A DNA stretch of 64,000 nucleotides, taken from positions 103,760-167,759 of the forward strand of contig CAVTLK010000005.1 of the NCBI GenBank assembly GCA_963735595.1. The letters are read 5' to 3'. A program made the position numbers and the translations under genes. Under the pieces are notes generated by a model that saw nothing but the letters and a program-made list of their open reading frames with translations, was not told the origin of the DNA and ran no database searches. Shown piece by piece: positions 30,107-39,500 of the stretch (the stretch's first letter is position 1; the number at the start of each line of letters is the position of its first letter). This DNA comes from an uncultured delta proteobacterium. Lineage in GTDB: Bacteria; Desulfobacterota; Zymogenia; Zymogenales; Zymogenaceae.

Positions 30107-30703
30107 ATGGATATAGACTCAATTCTCATCGATAAGAGCAGACTTATAGAAAAGCGTTCTCAGGACGCCCTGATCAGCTCGGCGTTGGCGCTTTCCCAGA
30201 TGACGGGGGAAACGGTCGATGTTGTCAGAACGATCGTCGACCTGATCAAGGTTCAAGAGATAGCGACATACATCGGTGATCGTGACGACAAGGTCACCCT
30301 TATCGCGCTGGACGTTCACGGAAAAATATCGGGAGACATCTACATCCTGCTCTCATCGTCGGACACGATGCTGATCACCAAGAAGGTCGCCGATAGATGG
30401 ATGAAAGAGGAGGAGATAGAGAAATTCAAAAACTCGGTGCTTGCCGAGGTAGGCAACATCGTGGCGTCGGCGTATATTAACGTATTGGGCGATTCGTTCA
30501 ATGTCGCCTTAATACCTTCCGTTCCCCGCCTCGAATTCGTTAGCGGGGAAGCGCTCATCCCCAAGATCCTTTCGAAGGGCGATTCCGATTTCGCACTCAT
30601 GTTCTTCTCGGAATTTGTCGTCGGGGAACGCGGGATTAAGGTCTTCTTCTTTTTCCTTCTGTCCAATGCATCGATGCAGTACCTCGGAGGCCATGCCCCA
30701 TGA
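30107..30703 (+). CDS. CheC/CheX-family CheY-P phosphatase
   Basis: A single E-x2-N...P active-site motif (LAEVGNIVASAYINVLGDSFNVALIPSVP), about 198 aa, positioned after cheA. Confidence 0.65.
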   Translation: MDIDSILIDKSRLIEKRSQDALISSALALSQMTGETVDVVRTIVDLIKVQEIATYIGDRDDKVTLIALDVHGKISGDIYILLSSSDTMLITKKVADRWMKEEEIEKFKNSVLAEVGNIVASAYINVLGDSFNVALIPSVPRLEFVSGEALIPKILSKGDSDFALMFFSEFVVGERGIKVFFFFLLSNASMQYLGGHAP

Positions 30704-31446
30704 ATCAGGAGGCAGTCAAAAATCTCCTGATTGGGGTCAAGAGCGGAGAAGTACCTGTCGAAGAGGCGATCGACAGGCTCAAGTCGTTGCCGTATCTTGA
30801 CCTCGGATTCGCCGTTGTCGATACCCATCGGGCGCTCAGGCAGGGATTCCCCGAGGTTATCATGGGCGAGGGGAAAGAGCCGCGAGATATCCTCGGTATT
30901 ATCGAAAGCCTCAGAAAAACCGGCAATACTATCCTCGTGACCCGCGTAGATACCGAAAAGGCTCGGGTGGTCCGGGAGCAGCTTCCCGAGATGACGTATA
31001 ACGAGCGTGCGCGGTCTCTCGTCCTTATCGAAGGGGAGATCACGATACGGGGAAAGGGGGCGATCATGGTAGTTTCGGCCGGAACCTCCGACATCCCGGT
31101 GGCCGAAGAAGCGGCCGTTGTTTGCGAGCTTATGGGAAACCGCACCGAGCGCCTCTGGGACGTGGGAGTGGCGGGGATACACCGGCTTATGAACCACGTC
31201 GACCGATTACGGGGCGCCAACGTGCTGGTAGTGGCGGCGGGGATGGAGGGGGCGCTGCCGTCGGTTATCGGGGGGATCGTAGAACGCCCGGTGGTGGCTG
31301 TACCCACCAGTGTCGGGTATGGCGCAGGTTTCGGCGGGCTCTCGGCGCTGCTGGGGATGCTCAATTCCTGTGCTGCGGGAGTATGCGTCGTTAATATCGA
31401 TAACGGCTTCGGTGCGGGATACGTTGCTTCCCTGATTAACCGATAA
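30700..31446 (+). CDS. larB: PurE-like AIR-carboxylase-related protein, LarB family (nickel-pincer cofactor biosynthesis)
   Basis: 248 aa with the PurE-like core (MVVSAGTSDIPVAEEAA...VAAGMEGALPSVIGG...AVPTSVGYGAGFGG) typical of the COG1691/LarB family. Its start overlaps the cheC/X stop. Confidence 0.75.
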   Translation: MNQEAVKNLLIGVKSGEVPVEEAIDRLKSLPYLDLGFAVVDTHRALRQGFPEVIMGEGKEPRDILGIIESLRKTGNTILVTRVDTEKARVVREQLPEMTYNERARSLVLIEGEITIRGKGAIMVVSAGTSDIPVAEEAAVVCELMGNRTERLWDVGVAGIHRLMNHVDRLRGANVLVVAAGMEGALPSVIGGIVERPVVAVPTSVGYGAGFGGLSALLGMLNSCAAGVCVVNIDNGFGAGYVASLINR

Positions 31447-31650
31447 TGATACCGTTGTGCCTCGTCGACCATCGGGATTATTATCGCCGGGCTTTGGGAA
31501 GCCCTTGGACTGCCCAATGTTTTGGGAGTGCTGTTTTCATAACTCGCCGGTACCCCGTGAGGGCCGTATCACAAACGGTACATAGGCCCTGTTAGAGAAG
31601 GTCGACCGTTCTCATCCGTTTTGTAGACAAACCGTAGCGCTTCAGGCTGT

Positions 31651-32844
31651 ATGGATACAATTCTCTATATCGATGCCTTCTCGGGCATATCCGGGGACAT
31701 GTTTCTCGGCGCGCTGATCGCCGCAGGACTTGATGCGGCAATCGTCCAGGACGAAATTCGCCGACTGGATATCGGAGCCGAGCTTTCCGTAGGCTTGGTA
31801 AAACGAAACGGGATCGAGGCGGTCAGCGTCTCGGTGATATCCGGTCGAAAAGATGAGGTAGAGCGTCATTACGGAGCGATAAAGAAGCTTATCGAGTCAC
31901 GCATAAACCCGGGTTACGCCCGGGAGACGGCCCTGAAGATATTCGAGTTGCTGGCGCGCGCGGAGGGCCGGGTGCACGGCCGGGATGCCGATCACGTCCA
32001 CTTCCACGAGGTGGGCGCCGTGGATTCGATCGTTGATATCGTCGGCGCCGCGGTGGGCCTGGCGGCGCTCGCGCCGGTTCGGGTGGTTTCCAGCCCGCTT
32101 CCCATGGGAAGGGGCTTTGTTACAACGCGGCACGGCGTGCTCCCGCTGCCGGCCCCGGCGACGGCCGAGCTCCTTGCGGGCATACCCGTAGTCGACGCCG
32201 GGATAGATGAAGAGCTCGTAACTCCGACGGGCGCGGCCATCGTTAAGACGGTCGCATCATCGTTTTCTGGGATACCGCCGATGATCGTCGAGAGATCGGG
32301 TTACGGCGCGGGAGACCGGGAGCTGCCCGACAGGCCCAATCTTCTCAGGCTTATAATCGGAAGGCCCTCAGACCAGACCGTCGGTGACGAGGTGGAAGTC
32401 ATCACAACCCACATAGACGATATGAACCCCCAGTTCTACGAGTATATAATGGATCGGCTTTTTGCCTTAGGGGCCCTTGACGTGGTGTTGGCTCCCGTAA
32501 TCATGAAAAAGGGCAGGCCCGCTACCGCGCTCGTTACCGTTGCCCCCATATCGGGGAGTGGGGAGATTATCGACGCGATCCTTTCCGAGACTACCAGCAT
32601 CGGCCTCCGGATTCACCGGGAGCGCCGGGTTAAGCTCGACCGTCAGCTGGAGACGGTTCAAACGCAATTGGGGGAGATCCGGGTCAAGCTTACGTTCGAC
32701 CGATCGGGAAAGGTTGCCGATGCGTACCCCGAATATGAGGATGTGCGAGCGGCCGCAGAGAGCCACCGCATTCCCATCGATCGGGCATACCGCTTGATTA
32801 TCGGCGAAATCGGCGAGATGTTGGCAAAAAGGGTGAGGAGATGA
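31651..32844 (+). CDS. larC: LarC-family nickel insertion protein (DUF111)
   Basis: N-terminal MDTILYIDAFSGISGDMFLGALI and HFHEVGAVDSIVDIVG motifs diagnostic of DUF111/LarC, in 397 aa. Confidence 0.85.
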   Translation: MDTILYIDAFSGISGDMFLGALIAAGLDAAIVQDEIRRLDIGAELSVGLVKRNGIEAVSVSVISGRKDEVERHYGAIKKLIESRINPGYARETALKIFELLARAEGRVHGRDADHVHFHEVGAVDSIVDIVGAAVGLAALAPVRVVSSPLPMGRGFVTTRHGVLPLPAPATAELLAGIPVVDAGIDEELVTPTGAAIVKTVASSFSGIPPMIVERSGYGAGDRELPDRPNLLRLIIGRPSDQTVGDEVEVITTHIDDMNPQFYEYIMDRLFALGALDVVLAPVIMKKGRPATALVTVAPISGSGEIIDAILSETTSIGLRIHRERRVKLDRQLETVQTQLGEIRVKLTFDRSGKVADAYPEYEDVRAAAESHRIPIDRAYRLIIGEIGEMLAKRVRR

Positions 32845-34334
32845 GCTCGACTATGTTACCACAACAACGGGAAAAGAATAAGGGAGTCATCCTCGTGGTG
32901 GATGACGAGTTTTCCATACGCGAGATATTAAGCGACGTGTTGAGCAACGAAGGATTTACTATATACACGGCGGAAAACGGAATTGAAGCGCTCAAGATAA
33001 TCCAGGAATTGGCCCCCGACCTGGTGATCACCGACATGAAGATGCCGAAGATGGGCGGGATGGAACTCCTGTACCAGATCAATTCCATGAGGAACAGGGT
33101 CATTACGATTATGATGACCGGCTTTGCCACCGTCGAAACGGCGGTGGAGGCCATCAAAAAGGGCGCCTATGACTATATCATGAAGCCCTTCCAGTTCTCC
33201 GATCTTCTCCGGGTGATAGAACATGCCCTCGAAAAGCAGCACCTCATCACAGAAAACCTGGAGCTTAGAGAAACGGTTGCGCTCTATGATATCAGCAAGG
33301 CCATCAGTTCCCACCTTGATATGGAGATCGTGCTCTCGATGCTGCTTTCCACACTCCTGAAGGAGGGAGATGCCGACGCCGTCTCAATGTATATAAAAGA
33401 CATGATCCTTAAGATATCGATCATGAGCAAGACCGTCGCCAAAGAACCCCGATTTGAAAAGGCCGCCGTTACCCTCGTTTCTCCACACGATATGCTGGCA
33501 AAGCTTTCCGGTACCGATTCGCTCATGCTTTCCGGTAGTCAGGCGGCTCAGTTATTTCCTGCGAATGCAGGCTTTGACGATCTGGAGTCGCTCCTGGCGC
33601 TGCCGATTCGAATTAAGGGCGAGACGACGGGCTTTGTATCTCTATTCTCATTCACCCGGGGATATCGGTTCACCGAGGGCCGGAGGAAGGCGCTGTCCAT
33701 CCTGGTGAGCAACGTTTCGGTGGCGGTGGAAAATGCCCGGCTCTATCAGGATATCGTTTCGATTCTTGATGATACCGTAAAGAGCTTCGCCAGAACCCTG
33801 GACGCAAAGGATAAATATGCCTCCGGTCATTCGGAGCGCGTCACCCGCTACGCACTGATTATCGCACGTTCATTAAAGCTTGACAGCGAAGACGTCGACC
33901 GGCTGGCCCAGGCGGGGCTCTTACACGATATTGGGAAGATCGGGGTCAGTGAGCGTTTGCTCAACAAGAAAGATAAGCTCGAGATCGATGAGTACGAGGA
34001 AACCAAACTGCACCCGGTTATCGGCAGAGACATCCTTTCCACGATCGAGAGATTCCAGGATATTGCCGAGATTGTCTATCATCACCACGAATGGTTCGAC
34101 GGTAACGGTTACCCGGAAGGGATTTCCGGAAACGCGATCCCTCTCTTGAGCCGGATCATCGCTGTGGCCGATGCCTTCGATGCGATGACCTCCAGGCGAA
34201 CCTATCGTGAGCAAATCGGAAAGGAACGGGCGCTGGAGGAGCTACGCCGCAATGCCGGCACGCAATTTGATCCGGCGGTCGTGGAGGCGTTGCTCGCAGA
34301 TATACAACAGCTTGACATTGAAGAGGCTCCCTAA
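32841..34334 (+). CDS. response regulator with REC, GAF-like and HD-GYP (c-di-GMP phosphodiesterase) domains
   Basis: REC (ILVVDDEFSIRE...VITDMKMPKMGG...KPF), a central GAF-like region, and HD-GYP (HSERVTRYA...LLHDIGK...HHEWFDGNGYP). Its start overlaps the larC stop. Confidence 0.85.
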   Translation: MSSTMLPQQREKNKGVILVVDDEFSIREILSDVLSNEGFTIYTAENGIEALKIIQELAPDLVITDMKMPKMGGMELLYQINSMRNRVITIMMTGFATVETAVEAIKKGAYDYIMKPFQFSDLLRVIEHALEKQHLITENLELRETVALYDISKAISSHLDMEIVLSMLLSTLLKEGDADAVSMYIKDMILKISIMSKTVAKEPRFEKAAVTLVSPHDMLAKLSGTDSLMLSGSQAAQLFPANAGFDDLESLLALPIRIKGETTGFVSLFSFTRGYRFTEGRRKALSILVSNVSVAVENARLYQDIVSILDDTVKSFARTLDAKDKYASGHSERVTRYALIIARSLKLDSEDVDRLAQAGLLHDIGKIGVSERLLNKKDKLEIDEYEETKLHPVIGRDILSTIERFQDIAEIVYHHHEWFDGNGYPEGISGNAIPLLSRIIAVADAFDAMTSRRTYREQIGKERALEELRRNAGTQFDPAVVEALLADIQQLDIEEAP

Positions 34335-34338
34335 TATA

Positions 34339-34836
34339 ATGACCGGGCAATGGCAAGCTGTTAAAGATCGTCTCATCACGGTTTTCGCAACCGGGTTTGG
34401 TTTAGGGTATCTGCCGCTCGTCCCGGGAACGTTCGGGACGCTCGTCGGTATTCCGATTTGCCTGTTGTTGAGCCTCGGTGGATGGGTTATTTACGTTTCA
34501 GGGACGCTTGCGCTGATTGCGGCGGGTGTCTGGGTGGCGGGCCGGACCGATCGGATCTTTGGGACGCATGATTCCCGGAAGATCGTCATCGACGAAATAT
34601 GCGGTTTCCTGGTCACTATGGCCTTGGTGATCCCGGGACCTCTCACGATCGGGATCGGTTTTGTCGCATTCAGGCTCTTTGACATCCTGAAGCCTTTTCC
34701 GGCGAGCTATTTCGATCGAAGCCTGTCGGGAGGATGGGGGGTGATGCTGGACGATATCGCCGCCGGCGTTTATGCCAACGTGACGCTTCACCTGTCTTTG
34801 GCAATCATCGGCCTCGTGTGGCCGGGGGTTTTGTGA
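34339..34836 (+). CDS. pgpA: phosphatidylglycerophosphatase A
   Basis: 165-aa PgpA family (FGLGYLPLVPGTFGTLVGIP...IVIDEICGF). The ATG lies 4 nt after the preceding stop. Confidence 0.85.
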   Translation: MTGQWQAVKDRLITVFATGFGLGYLPLVPGTFGTLVGIPICLLLSLGGWVIYVSGTLALIAAGVWVAGRTDRIFGTHDSRKIVIDEICGFLVTMALVIPGPLTIGIGFVAFRLFDILKPFPASYFDRSLSGGWGVMLDDIAAGVYANVTLHLSLAIIGLVWPGVL

Positions 34837-36110
34837 AGGGCGAGATCATAACCATAGGAAACGAGCTGTTGTCGGGGCTTGTGGTCGATACCAATCGCTC
34901 CTATATCGCCGGACGTCTGATGACGGCCGGGGTTATGTCTTCCTTTATGACTACCGTCGGCGATGACGAGGACGCGATAGGCGATGCGGTCGGCCGGGCG
35001 GTTTCCCGCGCCGGCGTGGTCGTCATTACCGGCGGGTTGGGCCCCACGCCCGACGATATTACCTCCAAGTGTGTCGCAAAGGCGTTGGAACGGCGGCTCG
35101 TGCTTTCCCCCGAGGCCGAGCAGCAGATACGAGACCGGTACAAGAAGCGCGGGATACCATTGCCGGCGGACGCCGGCCGGCAGGCCCTGATTCCGCAAGG
35201 CGCCCGGGTTATCGTAAACCCGGTCGGGACGGCCCCCGGATACTATCTGGTTATCGGGGAGCGGATCATCGTCGTCCTGCCCGGCGTCCCCGAAGAAATG
35301 CGGGTGATGGTCGATCAGGGTGTGTTGCCGATCCTCGAGACCCAGCGGAATGCCGACTCCTTTATCGTCAGGAGGATTCTCAGGATATTCGGGCTGACCG
35401 AATCGCAGGTCAACGAACGCGTCAGGGAGGTGCCGTACGACAGCCGGCGGATAGCCATCGGTTTCCTGCCGGTATTTCCTGAAAACCACCTGACCATCAC
35501 GGCATGCTCGTCGGTCTCGCGGCAAGAGGCCGAAGAGATCGGCGACAAGACGGCGCGGGCCATGCGGGCGGTTCTTGGCGACCGGGTCTTCGGCCAGGAC
35601 GACCAGACTCTTGAGGCGGTGGTCGGGGGAATGCTCATTAACCGGGGATGCACCGTGGCCGCAGCGGAATCGTGCACCGGCGGGCTACTTTCCCAGCGGC
35701 TTACCGCTATACCGGGCAGCTCTTCGTATTTCCTGCGCGGCGTGGTGACATATAGCAACGATTCAAAGGCGGATCTCCTGGGAGTCGACCCCGCGCTGAT
35801 CAGCGAATTCGGCGCGGTAAGCGATACCGTAGCCTCGGCCATGGCCCGGGGAATTAAGGAGTCTTCGTCGGCCGACCTGGGCATCTCGATTACCGGGATC
35901 GCGGGGCCGTCGGGGGGCACGCGGGAAAAACCGGTCGGAACGGTTTTTATCGGGATGGCCTTTGATGACGAGGGGGCGCTCTCGGTCCGCTCGCACGGCT
36001 ACCGCTTTAACGGGGACCGCGCCAGGATCAGGCTCATTGCCTCGGAAATGGCGCTCGAGTGGATCAGAAGATATCTCATCCGGGGACCGTCCACGAACGG
36101 AGAAATGTAG
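34833..36110 (+). CDS. cinA: competence/damage-inducible protein CinA (MocF/CinA N-terminal plus CinA C-terminal domain)
   Basis: GTG start overlapping the pgpA stop. N-terminal KGEIITIGNELLSGLVVDTN and C-terminal CinA deamidase-type domain (AAESCTGGLLSQRLT...GISITGIAGPSGG). Confidence 0.85.
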   Translation: MKGEIITIGNELLSGLVVDTNRSYIAGRLMTAGVMSSFMTTVGDDEDAIGDAVGRAVSRAGVVVITGGLGPTPDDITSKCVAKALERRLVLSPEAEQQIRDRYKKRGIPLPADAGRQALIPQGARVIVNPVGTAPGYYLVIGERIIVVLPGVPEEMRVMVDQGVLPILETQRNADSFIVRRILRIFGLTESQVNERVREVPYDSRRIAIGFLPVFPENHLTITACSSVSRQEAEEIGDKTARAMRAVLGDRVFGQDDQTLEAVVGGMLINRGCTVAAAESCTGGLLSQRLTAIPGSSSYFLRGVVTYSNDSKADLLGVDPALISEFGAVSDTVASAMARGIKESSSADLGISITGIAGPSGGTREKPVGTVFIGMAFDDEGALSVRSHGYRFNGDRARIRLIASEMALEWIRRYLIRGPSTNGEM

Positions 36111-36117
36111 GATTACC

Positions 36118-36681
36118 GTGTCTGATCTCAGGCTTTTTATTGCCGCCCGCCCCCCCGTTGCGGTGCTTCGGGGGATTATCGACCTCTCGGGGTCGCTCGG
36201 TTTCAGGGGCGACGGGGTCAGGTGGCTCAAGGGCGACGGGATTCACCTGACGCTCAAGTTTCTCGGGAATGCGGACGAGGAGAAAGTGGGGGCAATCGGC
36301 CAGGCCGTTTCGAAGTGCGCCCGTGGTGTGGGAGAGATCAGGCTTGCCGTCGGGGGCGTCGGCGTGTTTCCCGATATGAAACGGGCGCGGGTCATCTGGG
36401 TGGGGCTGACGGGCGATATCGCCCGGCTCGAGTCGGTAAGAAACGCCCTCGAGGAGGGGTGTTTTGCCCTCGGGTTCGATAAGGAGGGGCGCGCCTTTCG
36501 CCCGCACCTGACGATTGCCCGGGTAAAGGACCGGCTCTCGTTTGATACGATTAAGAGAATAGAACAGTCCAGGGATATTATGTTGGGGGATATGGTCGTG
36601 GATGCGATCGAGCTCATCAAAAGCGATCTCTCACCGTCGGGGGCCGCCTATACTACCCTTTCCCACTTTCCGTTAACTTAG
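36118..36681 (+). CDS. thpR: RNA 2',3'-cyclic phosphodiesterase (2'-5' RNA ligase, LigT/ThpR)
   Basis: Two H-x-T-x motifs (HLTLKFLG and HLTIARV) with a GTG start. Confidence 0.8.
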   Translation: MSDLRLFIAARPPVAVLRGIIDLSGSLGFRGDGVRWLKGDGIHLTLKFLGNADEEKVGAIGQAVSKCARGVGEIRLAVGGVGVFPDMKRARVIWVGLTGDIARLESVRNALEEGCFALGFDKEGRAFRPHLTIARVKDRLSFDTIKRIEQSRDIMLGDMVVDAIELIKSDLSPSGAAYTTLSHFPLT

Positions 36682-36695
36682 CGCCGCGGGGGTAT

Positions 36696-37721
36696 TTGAT
36701 GACTGGTGATGAGAATAAAGAGAAATCATTGAGCCTTGCCCTTTCGCAAATAGAGAAGCAGTTCGGCAAGGGTTCGATCATGAAACTCGGCGACGATGTG
36801 GCCATCCCCGAAATTGCCGTGATCCCCACCGGTTCGTTGGGCCTGGATCTGGCCCTCGGTGTGGGGGGGATCCCCCGCGGCAGGGTCATTGAGATCTACG
36901 GTCCCGAGGCATCGGGGAAGACTACCCTGGCGCTGCACATTATCGCGGAGGCCCAGCGCCTGGGCGGAGTGGCGGCGTTTATCGACGCCGAGCACGCGCT
37001 GGACATCAACTATGCCGGCAACCTCGGCATAAAGACGCAGGAGCTCCTGATCTCCCAGCCCGATACCGGAGAGCAGGCGCTCGAGATCACCGATATCCTG
37101 GTGCGCAGCGGCGCCGTGGATGTCCTGGTTGTCGACTCGGTGGCGGCGCTCGTCCCCCGGGCGGAGATCGAGGGGGAAATGGGGGACTCTCACATGGGCC
37201 TTCAGGCCCGCCTGATGTCTCAGGCGATGCGTAAACTCACCGGGTCAATCTCCAAGTCCAAGACGGCCGTGATTTTCATCAACCAGATCAGGATGAAAAT
37301 AGGGGTGATTTTCGGCAATCCCGAGACGACGACCGGCGGCAATGCCCTGAAGTTCTATTCGAGCGTCAGGCTCGATATCCGCAGGACTGCCGCGCTCAAG
37401 GAAGGCCAGGACGTCGTCGGAAACCGCACAAAGGTAAAGGTCGTGAAAAACAAGATCGCCCCTCCCTTCAAGGAAGTGGAGTTTGATATCATATACGGCC
37501 TGGGGATCTCCAAGGAAGGGGAGCTTGTAGACATGGCCTCCGACGACGGGATAATTGAGAAGAGCGGCACCTGGTACTCGTACGGCGAAGAGCGAATCGG
37601 CCAGGGAAGGGAGAACGCCAAGAGGTTCCTCCTTGAGAATCCGGATACCTGCGCCCAGATCAGAACCAAGGTCATGGAAAAGCACGGATTTATCAGGAAT
37701 CCACAGAAGGATCCGTCATAA
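36696..37721 (+). CDS. recA: recombinase RecA
   Basis: Walker [10 protein letters not shown] and the canonical RecA core ([23 protein letters not shown]). Confidence 0.95.
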   Translation: MMTGDENKEKSLSLALSQIEKQFGKGSIMKLGDDVAIPEIAVIPTGSLGLDLALGVGGIPRGRVIEIYGPEASGKTTLALHIIAEAQRLGGVAAFIDAEHALDINYAGNLGIKTQELLISQPDTGEQALEITDILVRSGAVDVLVVDSVAALVPRAEIEGEMGDSHMGLQARLMSQAMRKLTGSISKSKTAVIFINQIRMKIGVIFGNPETTTGGNALKFYSSVRLDIRRTAALKEGQDVVGNRTKVKVVKNKIAPPFKEVEFDIIYGLGISKEGELVDMASDDGIIEKSGTWYSYGEERIGQGRENAKRFLLENPDTCAQIRTKVMEKHGFIRNPQKDPS

Positions 37722-37731
37722 GAGGTACGCG

Positions 37732-38898
37732 ATGGACATCAACGAAGTATTGAAGATTGCGGTCAAGCAGGGGGCGTCCGATATCCACCTCAAGGTGGGG
37801 CTCCCTCCGGTCTTTCGGATCGATGGATCGCTATATCCCCTCAAGAACGCGCCGCGGCTTACTCCCGACGAAATCGCGAAAATCGCCGAGGGGATCATGA
37901 ATAAGAAGCAGAATGAGCGGTTTCGCGAAATCAACGAGGTCGACCTTGCCTACGGCGTTCCCGGTCTGGGCAGGTTTCGCGTGAACGTATTTCAGCAGCG
38001 GGGGACGATGGGGGTGGTGCTGCGCTCGATCCCGGTCAAGATAAAATCGATTCCGGAGCTCAACCTGCCGACGGTCCTCGAAAAGGTCGCCTCGGAGCCG
38101 CGGGGTCTTATTCTCGTGACCGGGACGACCGGTTCCGGTAAGTCGACCACCCTGGCCTCCATGATCGACCACGTCAACTCGAACCGGACCTGCCACATCA
38201 TCACGATCGAGGACCCGATCGAGTTTCTCCACCGGGACAAAAAAAGCATCATCAACCAGCGGGAGATCGGGTTTGACACCGGGAGCTTTGCCGTGGCGCT
38301 CAAGAGCGCCCTGCGGCAGGACCCGGACGTTATCCTCGTGGGCGAGATGCGGGATTTCGAGACCATCGAGACGGCGCTCACCGCCGCCGAGACCGGCCAC
38401 CTGGTCCTGAGCACCCTGCACACCGTTGACGCCACCGAGACGATCACCCGGATTATCTCCGTGTTTCCCCCCTATCAGCAGCAGCAGATCCGGTTCCAGC
38501 TGGCCGGTATCCTCAAGGGCGTCATCTCCCAGCGGCTTGTCCCCCGGGCGGACGGCAAGGGCCGGGTGCCCGCGGTAGAGGTGCTGATCTCGACCGCCAT
38601 GATCCGGGAGTGCATCTCCGACAAGGACAAGACCAAGGAGATCCACGACGCCATTGCCAAGGGCTTTACCGTCCACGGGATGCAGACCTTTGACCAGTCG
38701 CTCATGTTTCTGTATCGGCGCGCCCTCATCACCTACGACGAAGCGCTCAGGCAGAGCAGCAACCCCGACGACTTCGCGCTCAGGGTCAAGGGGATATCCT
38801 CCACGAGCGACAGTACCTGGGACGCCTTTGACAAGGGGCCGGAGGCAGAGCCCGACGAAGCCGCTCCGGATGAAGAGCTTAATATCGAGAGGTTCTAA
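37732..38898 (+). CDS. pilT: type IV pilus retraction ATPase PilT
   Basis: Start ATG 37732 preceded by AAGAGG. PilT N-terminus (ASDIHLKVGLPPVFRIDGSL), Walker A GTTGSGKST, and PilT signature regions (TIEDPIEF...ILVGEMRD). The 37555 ORF is an upstream over-extension overlapping recA. Confidence 0.9.
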   Translation: MDINEVLKIAVKQGASDIHLKVGLPPVFRIDGSLYPLKNAPRLTPDEIAKIAEGIMNKKQNERFREINEVDLAYGVPGLGRFRVNVFQQRGTMGVVLRSIPVKIKSIPELNLPTVLEKVASEPRGLILVTGTTGSGKSTTLASMIDHVNSNRTCHIITIEDPIEFLHRDKKSIINQREIGFDTGSFAVALKSALRQDPDVILVGEMRDFETIETALTAAETGHLVLSTLHTVDATETITRIISVFPPYQQQQIRFQLAGILKGVISQRLVPRADGKGRVPAVEVLISTAMIRECISDKDKTKEIHDAIAKGFTVHGMQTFDQSLMFLYRRALITYDEALRQSSNPDDFALRVKGISSTSDSTWDAFDKGPEAEPDEAAPDEELNIERF

Positions 38899-39375
38899 GT
38901 GGCCGCCAGGAGCGAGGAGGCAACTCACGCCTCGGCGATGAGAATTATCTCGATTCGCCCCCACAGCGCTTTTGAGCTAAGGCGAAAGCTCCTTGCAAAG
39001 GGGGCGGATAGAGCGACGGCCGACCGGGTCGTCGACCGCCTTGCCGGCGTTGACCTGATAAACGACGGCAGGTTCGCCCGCGACTATATCGAATTCGCTT
39101 TTCTGAGGAAATCGTGGGGCGTGCGCAAAGTCCGGGCCGGCCTGATGGAGCGGGGGATAGACCGGGCGGTCATCGAGGATACACTCGGCTCTCCGGACGC
39201 GGCCGAGATGGAACGGGAGGGGGCGCGCCGGTTTGTGGACAAACAGGTCAGGGGTGGCGACCTCTCCGCGGAGCATATACGAAAGATATCCGGCAAGCTT
39301 GTCGCCCGCGGGTTTGGATGGGACGTCGTCTCGCGGGTGATCAAGGATATCGGGCAATCCATCGAGGAGCCGTGA
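38899..39375 (+). CDS. recX: regulatory protein RecX
   Basis: RecX-like three-helical repeats (ELRRKLLAKGADRATADRVVDRLAGVDLINDGRFARDYIE), about 158 aa, downstream of recA. Confidence 0.75.
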   Translation: MAARSEEATHASAMRIISIRPHSAFELRRKLLAKGADRATADRVVDRLAGVDLINDGRFARDYIEFAFLRKSWGVRKVRAGLMERGIDRAVIEDTLGSPDAAEMEREGARRFVDKQVRGGDLSAEHIRKISGKLVARGFGWDVVSRVIKDIGQSIEEP

Positions 39376-39500
39376 GTCAGCCGATGGGGAGCCTTCGCGG
39401 ATACCGCGGGCACATAGTGCGTATTTACCGGGGTCTTGTGACCCCGCTGTCATACTGATTGTTCCGTTGAGCCGTTAATTGGGTTAAATAGGAATCTGCC

